Source: Bacteroidales bacterium | GTDB lineage: Bacteria; Bacteroidota; Bacteroidia; Bacteroidales; VadinHA17 | NCBI GenBank assembly: GCA_046484805.1 | Contig: JAWOIF010000185.1 | Location: 42 to 64,041 of the forward strand | DNA length: 64,000 nt | Direction: 5' to 3' | Shown: positions 37,885 to 47,886 of the stretch, piece after piece | Layout of the letters: every line of letters begins with the position of its first letter | Numbering within the stretch: position 1 is the first letter of the stretch | Notes under the pieces: model-generated | The model's database searches: none | What the model saw: the letters and a program-made list of their open reading frames with translations, nothing else | What the model was told of the DNA's origin: nothing | Translations under genes and position numbers: made by a program

Positions 37885-39150
37885 TCACCGGTTCTGGCCC
37901 ATTCTTGCCCTGGCCCATTCCATCACCAGTGCAGGTGGTTGCTTCTGCATCAGCAGGTTACTCATGTAAAGCATATAGGGTTCAACATGAGCATAATATT
38001 GTTTGAACCCTTCACACAATGCATTTAGCCCCGGTTCCCCCGAAGGAGTTTTGATAAACCTGTGCTTCGGACACTCACCGCGGCATGCAAAATGGTATTT
38101 GCAGCGAAGGCAGTATACCGGCAGGCTGTTTCTTTTATTAACGCCGAATTCAAATTGCCTGATGCTGCGGTACAGGTCGCTCAGACTGGTCTCCATAAGG
38201 TTTCCGAGCCTGAATTCCGGGTAGACGAAATGATCGCATGAATAGACATCGCCATTGTGCTCGACAGCCAGAGCATCACCACAGGTCTCACAGTAAACGC
38301 ACAGCCCCGGCCGCACTCCTGCCCACTGAGCCAGCGCCATATCGAATGCCTGCACGAAATACCGGCCAACATCGCTTACTATCCACTCGTCAAATATGTC
38401 TGTCAGGAACCTGCCATACCCTGTCGCTGTGACGTTCCACGGAGCAGCAGAAGAGACTTCAGTGCCGGGGTTGACAATCACTTTGCCACCTTTCCTGTCA
38501 CTCTCCGACTGATATTCCACAACCGGCAGAAACTGCATATACCGGCTGCCGAGGGACTTCAGGAAAAGATAGATTTCACGGCCCCTGCCTTCGCTGAGGT
38601 TTGTAACAACGGTAAGAGTGTTGAATTCAACCCTGTGCCTGTGCAGGAGAGCCACCCCATGCATGACCTTTTCGAAAGATGGCTGTCCTGACCGGTTCCT
38701 CCTGTGTGCATCATGAATATCTTCAGGGCCGTCGACAGAAACACCTGTCAGGAAATTGTTATCGTGAAAGAACCGGCACCATTCCGGGGTAAGAAGTATT
38801 CCGTTTGTCTGAATGGTGTTAACTATCTTTTTACCTCCGGCATACTTCCTTTGAAGGGCTACAGCCCGTTTGTAAAAATCGATTCCGGCCATCAGTGGCT
38901 CGCCGCCGTGCCAGACGAAAGTTATTTCTGGTATTTCGTTGGCCTCAATATATTGCCGTATATATTCCTCAAGAATACCGGCAGGCATTACACCCGTATT
39001 TTTCCCATAATAATCAGCCTTATCCAGGTAGTAGCAATAGCTACAGCTCAGATTGCACACTGCACCCACCGGCTTTACCATAGAGGAAAAAGAGGATGGT
39101 GCCGTACTTTTTATGGCATCATTTAAGGTGAGGTATTTCCGAACTGCCAT
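37885..39150 (-). CDS. anaerobic sulfatase-maturating enzyme (radical SAM / SPASM)
   Basis: 421 aa. The CxxxCxxC motif lies in VCNLSCSYCYY, and C-terminal SPASM cysteine clusters are present (CETCGDA..., CLRCKYHFACRGECPK). Confidence 0.88.
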   Translation of the reverse strand: MAVRKYLTLNDAIKSTAPSSFSSMVKPVGAVCNLSCSYCYYLDKADYYGKNTGVMPAGILEEYIRQYIEANEIPEITFVWHGGEPLMAGIDFYKRAVALQRKYAGGKKIVNTIQTNGILLTPEWCRFFHDNNFLTGVSVDGPEDIHDAHRRNRSGQPSFEKVMHGVALLHRHRVEFNTLTVVTNLSEGRGREIYLFLKSLGSRYMQFLPVVEYQSESDRKGGKVIVNPGTEVSSAAPWNVTATGYGRFLTDIFDEWIVSDVGRYFVQAFDMALAQWAGVRPGLCVYCETCGDALAVEHNGDVYSCDHFVYPEFRLGNLMETSLSDLYRSIRQFEFGVNKRNSLPVYCLRCKYHFACRGECPKHRFIKTPSGEPGLNALCEGFKQYYAHVEPYMLYMSNLLMQKQPPALVMEWARARMGQNR

Positions 39151-39347
39151 AAATTAAATTTTTATCTGATCTGATATTGATCGCCAACAGATTACGGCCT
39201 AAACTATTTATGAGTATTTATGTTAAAGAAATATAGACGCTAAGATATCTGTTTATGCTTAACGCAGGTTCTCATGCGCACAGCATAATCACGAAAGTTT
39301 TCCTGAAATATAAACTATCTTAGCTGACTGAACAAGACAAGAAAGAA

Positions 39348-40217
39348 ATGAAAGCAAAATATTTACTGATCGCATTATTGCCTGTACTGATGGCATTTAG
39401 CAACGATAAGCCTGCCTATGTTATCTATACAGCCAAAGGTGAGAAGACCAATTATACAGAGATGGTCAAAGAATTGCTGAATTACGATGTCATATTTTTC
39501 GGCGAATTGCATAACGATCCTATCGCTCACTGGCTGCAGCTTGAGCTGGCAAAATCGTTACACGCAGAAAGGGGGGCATCACTGACGGTTGGTGCAGAGA
39601 TGTTTGAAACTGACAATCAGTTGATTATCGATGAATATCTGGACGGACTGGTCAGGGAGACCAATTTTGAGGCAGAGGTTAAGCTATGGAACAATTATAA
39701 GACTGACTACAAGCCGCTGATGACATTTGTGAAGAACAACGGACTCAGGTACATTGCCACTAACGTACCGCGCAGGTATGCTGCCATGGTTGCGGCAGGC
39801 GGATTCGAAGCACTTGATCAACTTGGTGATGAATCGAAATCGCTTATTGCACCCATGCCGTTTGAATATGATCCGGAGTTGCAATGCTACAAGGATATGC
39901 TTTCGATGGGTGGAGGAGCCATGGGTTCCCACGTAAATGAAAACCTGCCGAAGGCCCAGGCCCTGAAAGATGTCACCATGGCCTGGTCAATAGACCGAAA
40001 CTATTCAAAGGGAGGCATCTTCCTGCACCTTAACGGCAGTTATCATTCGAACAGGCACGAAGGGATTGTATGGTACTTAAGGAAGTACAATCAGGAGCTG
40101 AAGATTGCAGTCATCAACCTTGTACTTGAGGATGACCCGGAGATACTTTCCGAATCTAATCACAATAGTGCCGATTTCATAATTGCGGTCCCGAAGACGA
40201 TGACCCGTACATACTGA
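39348..40217 (+). CDS. ChaN-family (haem/iron-associated, DUF399) lipoprotein
   Basis: 289 aa with a signal peptide. The VIFFGELHNDPIAHWLQ motif is characteristic of the ChaN/Cofac_haem_bdg family. Confidence 0.78.
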   Translation: MKAKYLLIALLPVLMAFSNDKPAYVIYTAKGEKTNYTEMVKELLNYDVIFFGELHNDPIAHWLQLELAKSLHAERGASLTVGAEMFETDNQLIIDEYLDGLVRETNFEAEVKLWNNYKTDYKPLMTFVKNNGLRYIATNVPRRYAAMVAAGGFEALDQLGDESKSLIAPMPFEYDPELQCYKDMLSMGGGAMGSHVNENLPKAQALKDVTMAWSIDRNYSKGGIFLHLNGSYHSNRHEGIVWYLRKYNQELKIAVINLVLEDDPEILSESNHNSADFIIAVPKTMTRTY

Positions 40218-40228
40218 CCGGTCTCCTT

Positions 40229-41116
40229 TCAGGCTTTCGAGGCTCTGCCGATTACCTTGCGCAGTTTAGCAATAGAACCGACGGCTGTCACGTTGCTAAG
40301 ACCGGCCACAGATTTGAGGGAAGCCAGATTTCCGGCAACAATTATCCTGCACTGCGGAAGTGCCTGGCTGAGGCTTCTAATAAACTTCATTGGTTTTGGA
40401 GGGAGAGATGTTGAGGCTCCCGTTACAATAAATTCGGGGTTTCGTTTTTCAGCCAGTAATATCACCGACTCAATAGGGGTCATCTGGCCAAGGTATATAG
40501 TCTCATAACCTGACTTTCTGAAAATATAGTCATATAGGAGAAGGGGTAACTCATGCATCTCGTTTTCAGGCAGGAAAAGTATAGCTGATGCGGAGCCGGC
40601 TTCGGGAAATGGCAATGACGACTCCATGGCTGTAATTAGCTGGTTCCTGAAAATATTGCTTATGAAATGTTCGTGACCCGGATTGATGGTTCCGGTTTGC
40701 CACAAATCACCTACACGCCTGATAAACGGGAATATTATTTCTTCAATAGTGGCTTCAAATCCTCTTGATTCAAGAGACTCGCGGAGTATTTTTTTTGCTG
40801 ACCCATTATCAACCTCGAGCATTGCAACCAGGAGCCTTTCTGTTTCGTCTGTAACCAAAGCAGAAGACTCCAGCTGTTCAGAGACCATTCTGTCAAGCTC
40901 TTCGTTTGTCAGACAGGCAATTTTTGAAACCTTCAAACCGCTTCTGTTCAGAATTCCGATACTGATTATTCTTCTGAGGTCCTCACCGGAATATACCCGC
41001 CGGTTGGTGGTTGTTCTCATTGGATCCATCAGTCCGTAGCGTCGCTCCCATATTCTTATTGTATGTGCGTTTATCCCTGATAGTCTTTCAAGGTCCTTTA
41101 TAGAAAATTGATCCAT
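40229..41116 (-). CDS. MerR-family regulator with C-terminal B12-binding-like domain
   Basis: The start is at MDQFSIKDLERLSGINAHTIRIWERRYG (MerR HTH). The C-terminal Rossmann-like segment LFLPENEMHELPLLLY...IVTG...IIVAGN resembles a cobalamin-binding domain. The track ORF extends to 41236. Confidence 0.78.
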   Translation of the reverse strand: MDQFSIKDLERLSGINAHTIRIWERRYGLMDPMRTTTNRRVYSGEDLRRIISIGILNRSGLKVSKIACLTNEELDRMVSEQLESSALVTDETERLLVAMLEVDNGSAKKILRESLESRGFEATIEEIIFPFIRRVGDLWQTGTINPGHEHFISNIFRNQLITAMESSLPFPEAGSASAILFLPENEMHELPLLLYDYIFRKSGYETIYLGQMTPIESVILLAEKRNPEFIVTGASTSLPPKPMKFIRSLSQALPQCRIIVAGNLASLKSVAGLSNVTAVGSIAKLRKVIGRASKA

Positions 41117-41299
41117 TTCAACAGGTGGTGTAAAACATCCCATAAAAGTAAGCTTAATATCAGAAACCTCATCGCATGTCACAAAAGATTTATGTAGCAA
41201 CAGTTTATTACTAACAGTGCTGTAAAGTGCAACCATAATTTTGGATTATCTTTGTATTGTCATAATTAATTTGATAACCTGCACCAACATGATTTAATA

Positions 41300-41860
41300 A
41301 TGAAGCTTCATTCGAAATCAGTGATAATTCTTTTTATTTCATTTTACGCACTTGCAGGCTGTTCGGTACTAAGGATAGGTCCGATACAGGAGTACAGGGA
41401 TGATTTTACCGGAGGCCGGAGGTACCTTCTGACAGAGAAGGCTATACCCCGTGAGAGAAGGACAGAAATTGGCAATGCCACGATGACATTTGAGAAGAGG
41501 GTTTCAGCTGAGGGTGCGAAAAGTACAATCTACTTCATTATTGAGAGATCGCCTGACAGCTTCAGATCAGAAAAAGAGGGTTACATAAAAGTCAATGATA
41601 CAACCTGGGAGGTCACTCTGGATGATGTATCTGTAGAATCAAAATTTTCGGGCAATATTACCGAGGAAGGAGTTTTGAAGGAAACGGGTATTATTACAAG
41701 GATTGATGAAAAGTTCAGAATAGAGTTGTCACAGGAGATTGTTGACGCCATCACCCTTGGTCGCATAATGGAGATAAGAATCTATTTCGGTCCCATGCCG
41801 GCCACCTACCGCATCAGGGGATTCGCTCTCAGCAGGGTTAGCCGCCTTTTGAGCATGTGA
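41300..41860 (+). CDS. hypothetical lipoprotein
   Basis: 186 aa with a lipobox (ALAGCS). I recognise no family. Confidence 0.55.
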   Translation: MKLHSKSVIILFISFYALAGCSVLRIGPIQEYRDDFTGGRRYLLTEKAIPRERRTEIGNATMTFEKRVSAEGAKSTIYFIIERSPDSFRSEKEGYIKVNDTTWEVTLDDVSVESKFSGNITEEGVLKETGIITRIDEKFRIELSQEIVDAITLGRIMEIRIYFGPMPATYRIRGFALSRVSRLLSM

Positions 41861-41928
41861 TTTGGTTGATTTGCACCGGAATGATTCCTTCTGTCTGATT
41901 CAGCTTGGATTTATGGGTTGTTTTTACT

Positions 41929-41936
41929 TATCTTTG
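41929..41936 (+). promoter_or_regulatory. -7 promoter box (TATCTTTG) of tRNA-Cys
   Basis: TAnnTTTG match ending 11 nt before the first tRNA base. Confidence 0.55.
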
Positions 41937-41946
41937 CAGCTGATTT

Positions 41947-42017
41947 GGTCGGTTGACCGAGTGGCTAGGTAGCGGTCTGCAAAACCGTGTACGGCGGTTC
42001 GACTCCGCCACCGACCT
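41947..42017 (+). tRNA. tRNA-Cys (GCA)
   Basis: Folded by hand as a 71-nt cloverleaf. The acceptor stem is GGTCGGT/ACCGACC, the anticodon loop is CTGCAAA, the T-arm is GGCGG-TTCGACT-CCGCC and the discriminator is T. No CCA is encoded. Confidence 0.9.
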
Positions 42018-42027
42018 CAACAAAAAC

Positions 42028-42064
42028 CCCCGGGGAACGTAGTGAACCGGGGATTTTTATTTTA
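42028..42064 (+). terminator. possible terminator after tRNA-Cys
   Basis: The ccccgg/ccgggg stem has a 13-nt loop and is followed by atttttatttt. Confidence 0.45.
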
Positions 42065-42278
42065 AGGCCGAAGCCCGCTTGATTACCATTCTCAGCCCGC
42101 TTGCGAGGCCATATTCTCCTTTTGTGAGATGAAGGGATTTATCCGGTATAAACCCTGATTAATCACCTTCCAATTACATTTTATCAAAAAGCAACTGCTT
42201 ATCAGGCTCAGATCTTTAAAACATTCATACTTTTATCAGTTAATTGAATTTAATCATGTAACAAAAGCAATACATAAA

Positions 42279-43916
42279 ATGAGTGAACAATTTTCAATAA
42301 GTCCGGCTGGTGAAAAGTTTTCAATACCAAACAAGGGAGATTACAAGGCTGAATTTGAACGCCTGCAAAAAATAGTGGCAGAAGAGAGAGCCAGGGGACG
42401 AGAGATTGTAGTCGTGATGGGAGTGGGGTTCGTTGGAGCTGTCATGGCGGCGATTGTAGCTGATTCCGTTGACAAGGAGAGCGGAGAACCATCAAAGTTC
42501 GTAATCGGTATGCAACGACCGAGTGTACGCAGTTACTGGAAGATTCCGCTTCTTAACCGTGGTGTTTCTCCGGTAAAGGCCGAGGATCCTGAAGTCGATC
42601 CTATGATAGCCAGATGCGTCAGGGAGAAGAAGACTCTTATGGCTACATATACTTACGATGTGCTCAAGCTTGCCGATGTCGTTGTGGTTGATGTTCAGTG
42701 TGACTACATCAAGAATGAGCTGGGCGATGTGAGAAACGGCCAGACTGATATGGCAGCCCTTGAAGCATCCCTGCATGAAATTGCAGAACGCATTCCTCCT
42801 GAGGCCCTTGTGCTTATCGAAACAACCGTTGCTCCGGGAACCACCGAACAGGTTGCATACCCGATAATGAAAAAGGCATTCAAGAAGCGCGGTATAAAGA
42901 GCGATCCTCTGCTGGCACACAGCTATGAAAGGGTTATGCCCGGACGTAATTACGTGGCAAGTATAAGGGATTTCTGGAGGGTGTGCAGCGGGACAAATGA
43001 GACAGCAAAAAAGAGGGTCGAAAAATTTCTTAAGGAAGTCCTGAATACTGACGAGTATCCTCTGACGGTAATGGACAGACCTATTGAATCGGAAACCGCA
43101 AAGATTATTGAAAACAGTTACAGGGCTACTATTCTGGCATTCATGGACGAATGGAGCCTATTTGCAGAGCGTAATGGCGTCGATCTGATAAAGGTGATAA
43201 AAGCAATTAAAGTACGACCGACCCATAGTAACATGATTTTTCCGGGCCCGGGAATCGGAGGATACTGCCTCCCCAAAGACGGTGGCCTTGGAGTCTGGGC
43301 CTATAAACATATACTTGGCTTTGAGGATGATATCTTCAGGATAACACCCATGGCCATTGACATCAACGACACACGGGGCCTGCACGTGGGCCAGCTTACC
43401 CGTGATGCACTACGCAACATGGGACAGCCGATAGCTGCCGCAGAGATATTGGTCCTTGGTGCCGCATACCGCGAAGATGTAGGTGATACCCGTTACAGCG
43501 GCTCTGAAATTGTGATTCGCAAACTTGCTGAAATGGGAGCCGAAATCAGAGTTCACGATCCTTATGTTGAACACTGGTGGGAATTTGAGCAGCAGGACAC
43601 ATATCCTGGTGTCGGTCAAAGCAAATCACAGTTCTTTCGCAATCAGGAGAAGTTAAAGGATATATGCATAGAACAGGACATGGACAAGGCGATGAAGGAT
43701 GTTGATGCTGTGATACTTGCAGTACCTCATAAAGCATACCTTGATCTTGATCCCGATGAGGTTGTCAGGATAATTGGCAAGCCTGCTGCGATAATAGATT
43801 GCTTCGGAATCTTATCAGATGACAAGATAAGAAGGTATTTCAAGCTCGGATGCGAAGTCAAGGGACTGGGTCGTGGTCATATACAAAGGATCAAGGAGGA
43901 AATACGCAAGGGATAA
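42279..43916 (+). CDS. nucleotide-sugar (UDP-glucose/GDP-mannose family) dehydrogenase, long form
   Basis: 545 aa. An N-terminal Rossmann motif GxGxxG (VMGVGFVGAVMA) is followed by a central domain and a C-terminal UDP-binding domain pattern (GAAYREDVGDTRYS). Confidence 0.82.
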   Translation: MSEQFSISPAGEKFSIPNKGDYKAEFERLQKIVAEERARGREIVVVMGVGFVGAVMAAIVADSVDKESGEPSKFVIGMQRPSVRSYWKIPLLNRGVSPVKAEDPEVDPMIARCVREKKTLMATYTYDVLKLADVVVVDVQCDYIKNELGDVRNGQTDMAALEASLHEIAERIPPEALVLIETTVAPGTTEQVAYPIMKKAFKKRGIKSDPLLAHSYERVMPGRNYVASIRDFWRVCSGTNETAKKRVEKFLKEVLNTDEYPLTVMDRPIESETAKIIENSYRATILAFMDEWSLFAERNGVDLIKVIKAIKVRPTHSNMIFPGPGIGGYCLPKDGGLGVWAYKHILGFEDDIFRITPMAIDINDTRGLHVGQLTRDALRNMGQPIAAAEILVLGAAYREDVGDTRYSGSEIVIRKLAEMGAEIRVHDPYVEHWWEFEQQDTYPGVGQSKSQFFRNQEKLKDICIEQDMDKAMKDVDAVILAVPHKAYLDLDPDEVVRIIGKPAAIIDCFGILSDDKIRRYFKLGCEVKGLGRGHIQRIKEEIRKG

Positions 43917-43957
43917 TAGCTGAATTCTGCCACGGAAACAGGAAAACATGATTCTAT

Positions 43958-43983
43958 AACACTTTTTTATCCATAGAAGTGTT
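43958..43983. promoter_or_regulatory. inverted repeat AACACTT-N12-AAGTGTT upstream of the metal-uptake cluster
   Basis: The arms are 7 bp. The repeat lies 58 nt upstream of the 44041 start. It is a candidate operator only. Confidence 0.25.
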
Positions 43984-44040
43984 TAGATCAACAAATAAAT
44001 AAGATTACTTTTATGATCTGAAAACTAATAAGGGGTAAGG

Positions 44041-44409
44041 TTGTTAGGGCTAAGGAAATCAGCAAAGTTCATAATACCAGTATTACTGGTTAGCATCATC
44101 TGTTTTTTTTCCAATCTGGTAATAAACCAACATTTTCATAAGTTAACGTCAGGAGAGGTCGTTAAACACGCTCACCCCTTTAATAAGGGAAATGCCGGCA
44201 ATCCTTTTCAGGAACATAATCATACCGCAGCGGAAATGGTTGTGCTGGAGCAAATTTCAAACAATATTATAAATTTATATTCGGTAATAAATATGCCTGC
44301 TCCCCAGTGGACGGCTATGGAAGAACTGAAACCACAACTTATTGCATCCATTAAAAATTCTGAACACAATTTATTAAATAATTACCGTGCCCCTCCTCTA
44401 ACCTCTTAA
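44041..44409 (+). CDS. small His-rich membrane-anchored protein (hypothetical)
   Basis: 122 aa with a TTG start. An N-terminal TM helix is followed by histidine motifs HFHKL, HAHPF and QEHNH. Coding status is moderately supported by its position at the head of the cluster. Confidence 0.45.
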   Translation: MLGLRKSAKFIIPVLLVSIICFFSNLVINQHFHKLTSGEVVKHAHPFNKGNAGNPFQEHNHTAAEMVVLEQISNNIINLYSVINMPAPQWTAMEELKPQLIASIKNSEHNLLNNYRAPPLTS

Positions 44410-44492
44410 GCCAGCAATTTACTGATAAGCGTATCAGAAATAATCAGATCGAAACAGTTATTCTGAATCAATCTATCCTTAAGAGGTCCATC

Positions 44493-45848
44493 ATGAAGAA
44501 AAGACTACTAATCATACTATTTATTGCTGCAGTTGCTTATCCTGGTCAGCTACTGACGGGTCAGGTCCGACAACAAATTCCAGTTTCATTGAGAGATTCG
44601 ATCAGGCTACTGAAGCTGGAGGTTGAGCAGCTAAAAACCAGGGAGTTATTATATAGTTACAAACTCGACTCCCTGTTAACTACTCTGAGTCAGAAAGAGA
44701 AGCAACTTGAAGAAGAGAGTGACCTGCAGAGATTAATTGAAGAAGCAAAACAACTGTCGGAACAGGAGAAGGCAGAGGAGGAATCCCAGTTCAAAAAGTT
44801 CCAGAGCGGCGTACGCCAGCAGCAGGGTCTTAACCCAAATATAAGTCTGGGTGGTGACTTTTTTACCGCTGTCAGTAGTTCCAAAAACGACTTTATTTCT
44901 GAAGCGGGTGATGTCTCCTATGGGAACAACGGGTTTTTCCTGAGGGAGATGGAACTTGCCCTCGAAGCACCTCTGGATCCCTTTACAAGAGGGAAGACAT
45001 TCTTTTCAATTTCACCAGATGGGATTGATATCGAAGAGGCTTATATGGAATGGCTGAACCTTCCATTGAACATGATATTAAAGACAGGCATCTTCTATGC
45101 TGAATTCGGACCCCTGAACAGATATCACGATCACGCCCTTCCCCAGTTCGACCGCCCCAGGGCCCTTGTAAACATGTTCAGTAACGGAGGTCTCGGAGGT
45201 GCAGGATTAGCAACATCTTTCATGCTGCCTGAATTAATATTTGCCCATGCAAGCTCTCTTGACCTGACAGTGATTAAAAGTCCTGATACCGGCGACAGCT
45301 TTAGTTTCGACAACAGGGGCCTGTTGTATATGGGACAGTTTAAGAATTTCTATGATATCTCCCAAAACAGCTATTTTGAGGTCAGATTAAGCGGAGCCGC
45401 AGGAAGAAATCCGACAGGAGGCAGCAACAATTCCTATGTCGGCAGCCTGGGACTGTCATATAAATGGGTGCCGATGGGCAGGGAAAAATACAGGACCCTC
45501 GACTGGAAAACAGAGCTTCTTTACAGTATCCGGGAAGAGATTTCGGGCACCATGCGAAGCAAAGGCTTCTACTCGACAGTGCAGAACAAGTTGAACTCGA
45601 GATTCTGGGTAGGCGCCAGAATCGGATACTCGGAACTACCTTACGATAATAGTCAGTATGAATGGGATTACACGATAAATATCGATTTCTGGCAGAGTGA
45701 ATTTGTATTTACCCGGCTGCAGTACCAGCATAACAGCAGGAGCATTGGGGGTCCTCCCTATTATCCGGCAGGACTTCTGCCCAATGACCATACAATATTG
45801 CTCCAGATCTGCTGGGCAATGGGGCCGCATAAGCATGAAGCATATTAA
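44493..45848 (+). CDS. putative outer-membrane porin-like protein with N-terminal coiled coil
   Basis: 451 aa with a signal peptide. An acidic coiled coil is followed by a region of alternating amphipathic strands ending in an aromatic-rich C-terminus. Confidence 0.55.
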   Translation: MKKRLLIILFIAAVAYPGQLLTGQVRQQIPVSLRDSIRLLKLEVEQLKTRELLYSYKLDSLLTTLSQKEKQLEEESDLQRLIEEAKQLSEQEKAEEESQFKKFQSGVRQQQGLNPNISLGGDFFTAVSSSKNDFISEAGDVSYGNNGFFLREMELALEAPLDPFTRGKTFFSISPDGIDIEEAYMEWLNLPLNMILKTGIFYAEFGPLNRYHDHALPQFDRPRALVNMFSNGGLGGAGLATSFMLPELIFAHASSLDLTVIKSPDTGDSFSFDNRGLLYMGQFKNFYDISQNSYFEVRLSGAAGRNPTGGSNNSYVGSLGLSYKWVPMGREKYRTLDWKTELLYSIREEISGTMRSKGFYSTVQNKLNSRFWVGARIGYSELPYDNSQYEWDYTINIDFWQSEFVFTRLQYQHNSRSIGGPPYYPAGLLPNDHTILLQICWAMGPHKHEAY

Positions 45849-45868
45849 CCTTGCATAAACCACACTTT

Positions 45869-46978
45869 ATGAAAACGAAGCATAATAAATCCGACAGACC
45901 GATGACAGCTAATATCCGGTTGTTGATTATAATGATTTGCCTCCAGGCAGTCTGTTTACCTCAGCAAATCTATTCCCAGGGAAGAAGCCAGGCCACCAGC
46001 CGGCAGGCTAATCAGGGAAAACAGCTCAATGTAGTCTGCTCTTTTTCTGATTACGCAGCTATAACAGAATTCGTGGCGGGTGATAAGGCAAAGGTATCAT
46101 ATATAGCTCATGGAGAGCAGGATCCGCATTTTGTGCCGCCGAAGCCAAGTTACGCTGTTACCTTATCTGCTGCAGATCTGTGGATAACCACTGGTATGGA
46201 TCTGGAAATGTGGTCAGCAACACTTATCGATAAGTCACGTAACCGTAAAATAATGGATGGCGAGCCAGGATTTGTCGCCGTATCTTCGGGGGTTAATATA
46301 CTCGAAAAGGTTGCATCTGCCAGCCGTACTGAAGGAGACGTCCATCTAATGGGAAATCCCCACATCAACACGAGTCCGGTGAACTGGAAAGTAATAGCCC
46401 AGAACATTACTATCGGGCTGAGTAAGGTTGACCCGGCTAATGCATCCTACTACCAGGCAAACAGGGACAGGTTTACAGACAAGGTTGACCGTGCTCTTTT
46501 CGGTGATGCACTGGTTGATATGTTTGGGGGTCAGACACTGACCAGGATGCTCGAGAACAATACCCTGTTTACCTTTCTTGAAAGATCATATGAGGGAGGA
46601 ACACTGGGCGATCTGCTTGGGGGCTGGCTCAAAAAAGCCATGCCGATAAGGGGTAAAAAAGTTATTGCATATCATAAAAACTGGTCATACCTGGCAAACA
46701 CATTTGGCTTTGAGGTGCTTGGTTACATAGAGTCCAAGCCCGGGATACCACCCTCCGCCAGACATGTACAATATATGATTGAGATGATCAAAGATCAGGA
46801 TATCAAATTGATGCTGGTAGCCAACTATTTTGAAAAAAAGACAGCCCAAATGATTGAGGATAAAACCGGAATTAAGGCTCTCTACCTGCCACTCTACGTA
46901 CATGGTATGCCGGGTATAAATGACAGTTTCGATCTGATGGACTACTGGATAGAAAAGATAAATGAAAGTGTAAGGTAA
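45869..46978 (+). CDS. metal ABC transporter substrate-binding protein (TroA/ZnuA cluster-9 family)
   Basis: The EQDPHF and GNPHI metal-ligand motifs are present, with a cluster-9 SBP layout. The start is uncertain: candidates are 45851 (TTG), 45869 (ATG) and 45902 (ATG). Confidence 0.82.
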   Translation: MKTKHNKSDRPMTANIRLLIIMICLQAVCLPQQIYSQGRSQATSRQANQGKQLNVVCSFSDYAAITEFVAGDKAKVSYIAHGEQDPHFVPPKPSYAVTLSAADLWITTGMDLEMWSATLIDKSRNRKIMDGEPGFVAVSSGVNILEKVASASRTEGDVHLMGNPHINTSPVNWKVIAQNITIGLSKVDPANASYYQANRDRFTDKVDRALFGDALVDMFGGQTLTRMLENNTLFTFLERSYEGGTLGDLLGGWLKKAMPIRGKKVIAYHKNWSYLANTFGFEVLGYIESKPGIPPSARHVQYMIEMIKDQDIKLMLVANYFEKKTAQMIEDKTGIKALYLPLYVHGMPGINDSFDLMDYWIEKINESVR

Positions 46979-47025
46979 AATAAAGAGCACCCTCAATTGT
47001 GTGCTGAAATCCATAAGATGAAACG

Positions 47026-47886
47026 ATGATTGAAAATCTTCTCTTTCTTGCGGCACCCATAACTGCCAGCATATTACTTGCCGGGATACTGAGCTATTTT
47101 GGCAACCATATATTGACAAGGGGAATAATATTCATTGATATTGCCGTGGCACAGGTGGCCGCATTGGGAACCATGATAGGACTTTTGCTTGGGTTTGCTG
47201 AAGAGTCGCTCACCGTGCAGCTTATCTGTTATTTCTTTACGGCGTTAATGATTTCCATATTTGCGCTGACAAAGTTCAAAAAGCAGGTAATACCTCAGGA
47301 AGCAATAATCGGCATAATTTATTGCGTTGCACTTGGACTGGCCATGCTGCTCGCAGAGAAGATACCCGGCGGTTCTAATTTTATTTCCAAGACTATTAGC
47401 GGCAACCTTTTATGGGTAACGTGGGATAAAGTATTCATGTGTTTACTGATATTTCTGACTATAGGTATCATACATATCTTCTTCTGGAAGAAATTCATGA
47501 TAATCTCCGATACAAAAAATGGTCTTCCATTCAGTCTCTGGACAACCCGTGCGTATGAGCTGATATTCTACATTACCTTTAGCGTAGTAATCGTTAAATC
47601 AGTTCCAATTGGAGGTGTGTTTCTTGTCTTTATACTATTGATTGCCCCTACAGCCGCGGCTACTCTTTTCACCGCAAGTTGGAAGAAAAGGTTTCTCTGG
47701 AGCTGGATAATCGGCACAATAGGGTCAGTGCTGGGGATGTACCTCTCTTACTCCTTCAATATCTCAAATGCACCGGCTATTGTAACTCTTCTGGGAATTA
47801 CTGTATTCATTCTGGCATTTGGGAAACTTGCATTCCGGAAATTTTCTGCAATAACAAAAAACTCTTCTGATGGCAACAGCAATTAG
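47026..47886 (+). CDS. metal ABC transporter permease (ABC-3 family)
   Basis: 286 aa with about 8-9 TM helices and the ABC-3 (TroC/ZnuB-like) pattern. Confidence 0.88.
   Translation: MIENLLFLAAPITASILLAGILSYFGNHILTRGIIFIDIAVAQVAALGTMIGLLLGFAEESLTVQLICYFFTALMISIFALTKFKKQVIPQEAIIGIIYCVALGLAMLLAEKIPGGSNFISKTISGNLLWVTWDKVFMCLLIFLTIGIIHIFFWKKFMIISDTKNGLPFSLWTTRAYELIFYITFSVVIVKSVPIGGVFLVFILLIAPTAAATLFTASWKKRFLWSWIIGTIGSVLGMYLSYSFNISNAPAIVTLLGITVFILAFGKLAFRKFSAITKNSSDGNSN

Noticed and set aside
41947-42278. tRNA-Cys as an integration hotspot. A short duplicate of agcccgcttg lies just downstream.
   Set aside because: There is no integrase, no repeat of the tRNA 3' end and no obvious compositional break. 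The downstream genes are ordinary metabolic and transport genes.
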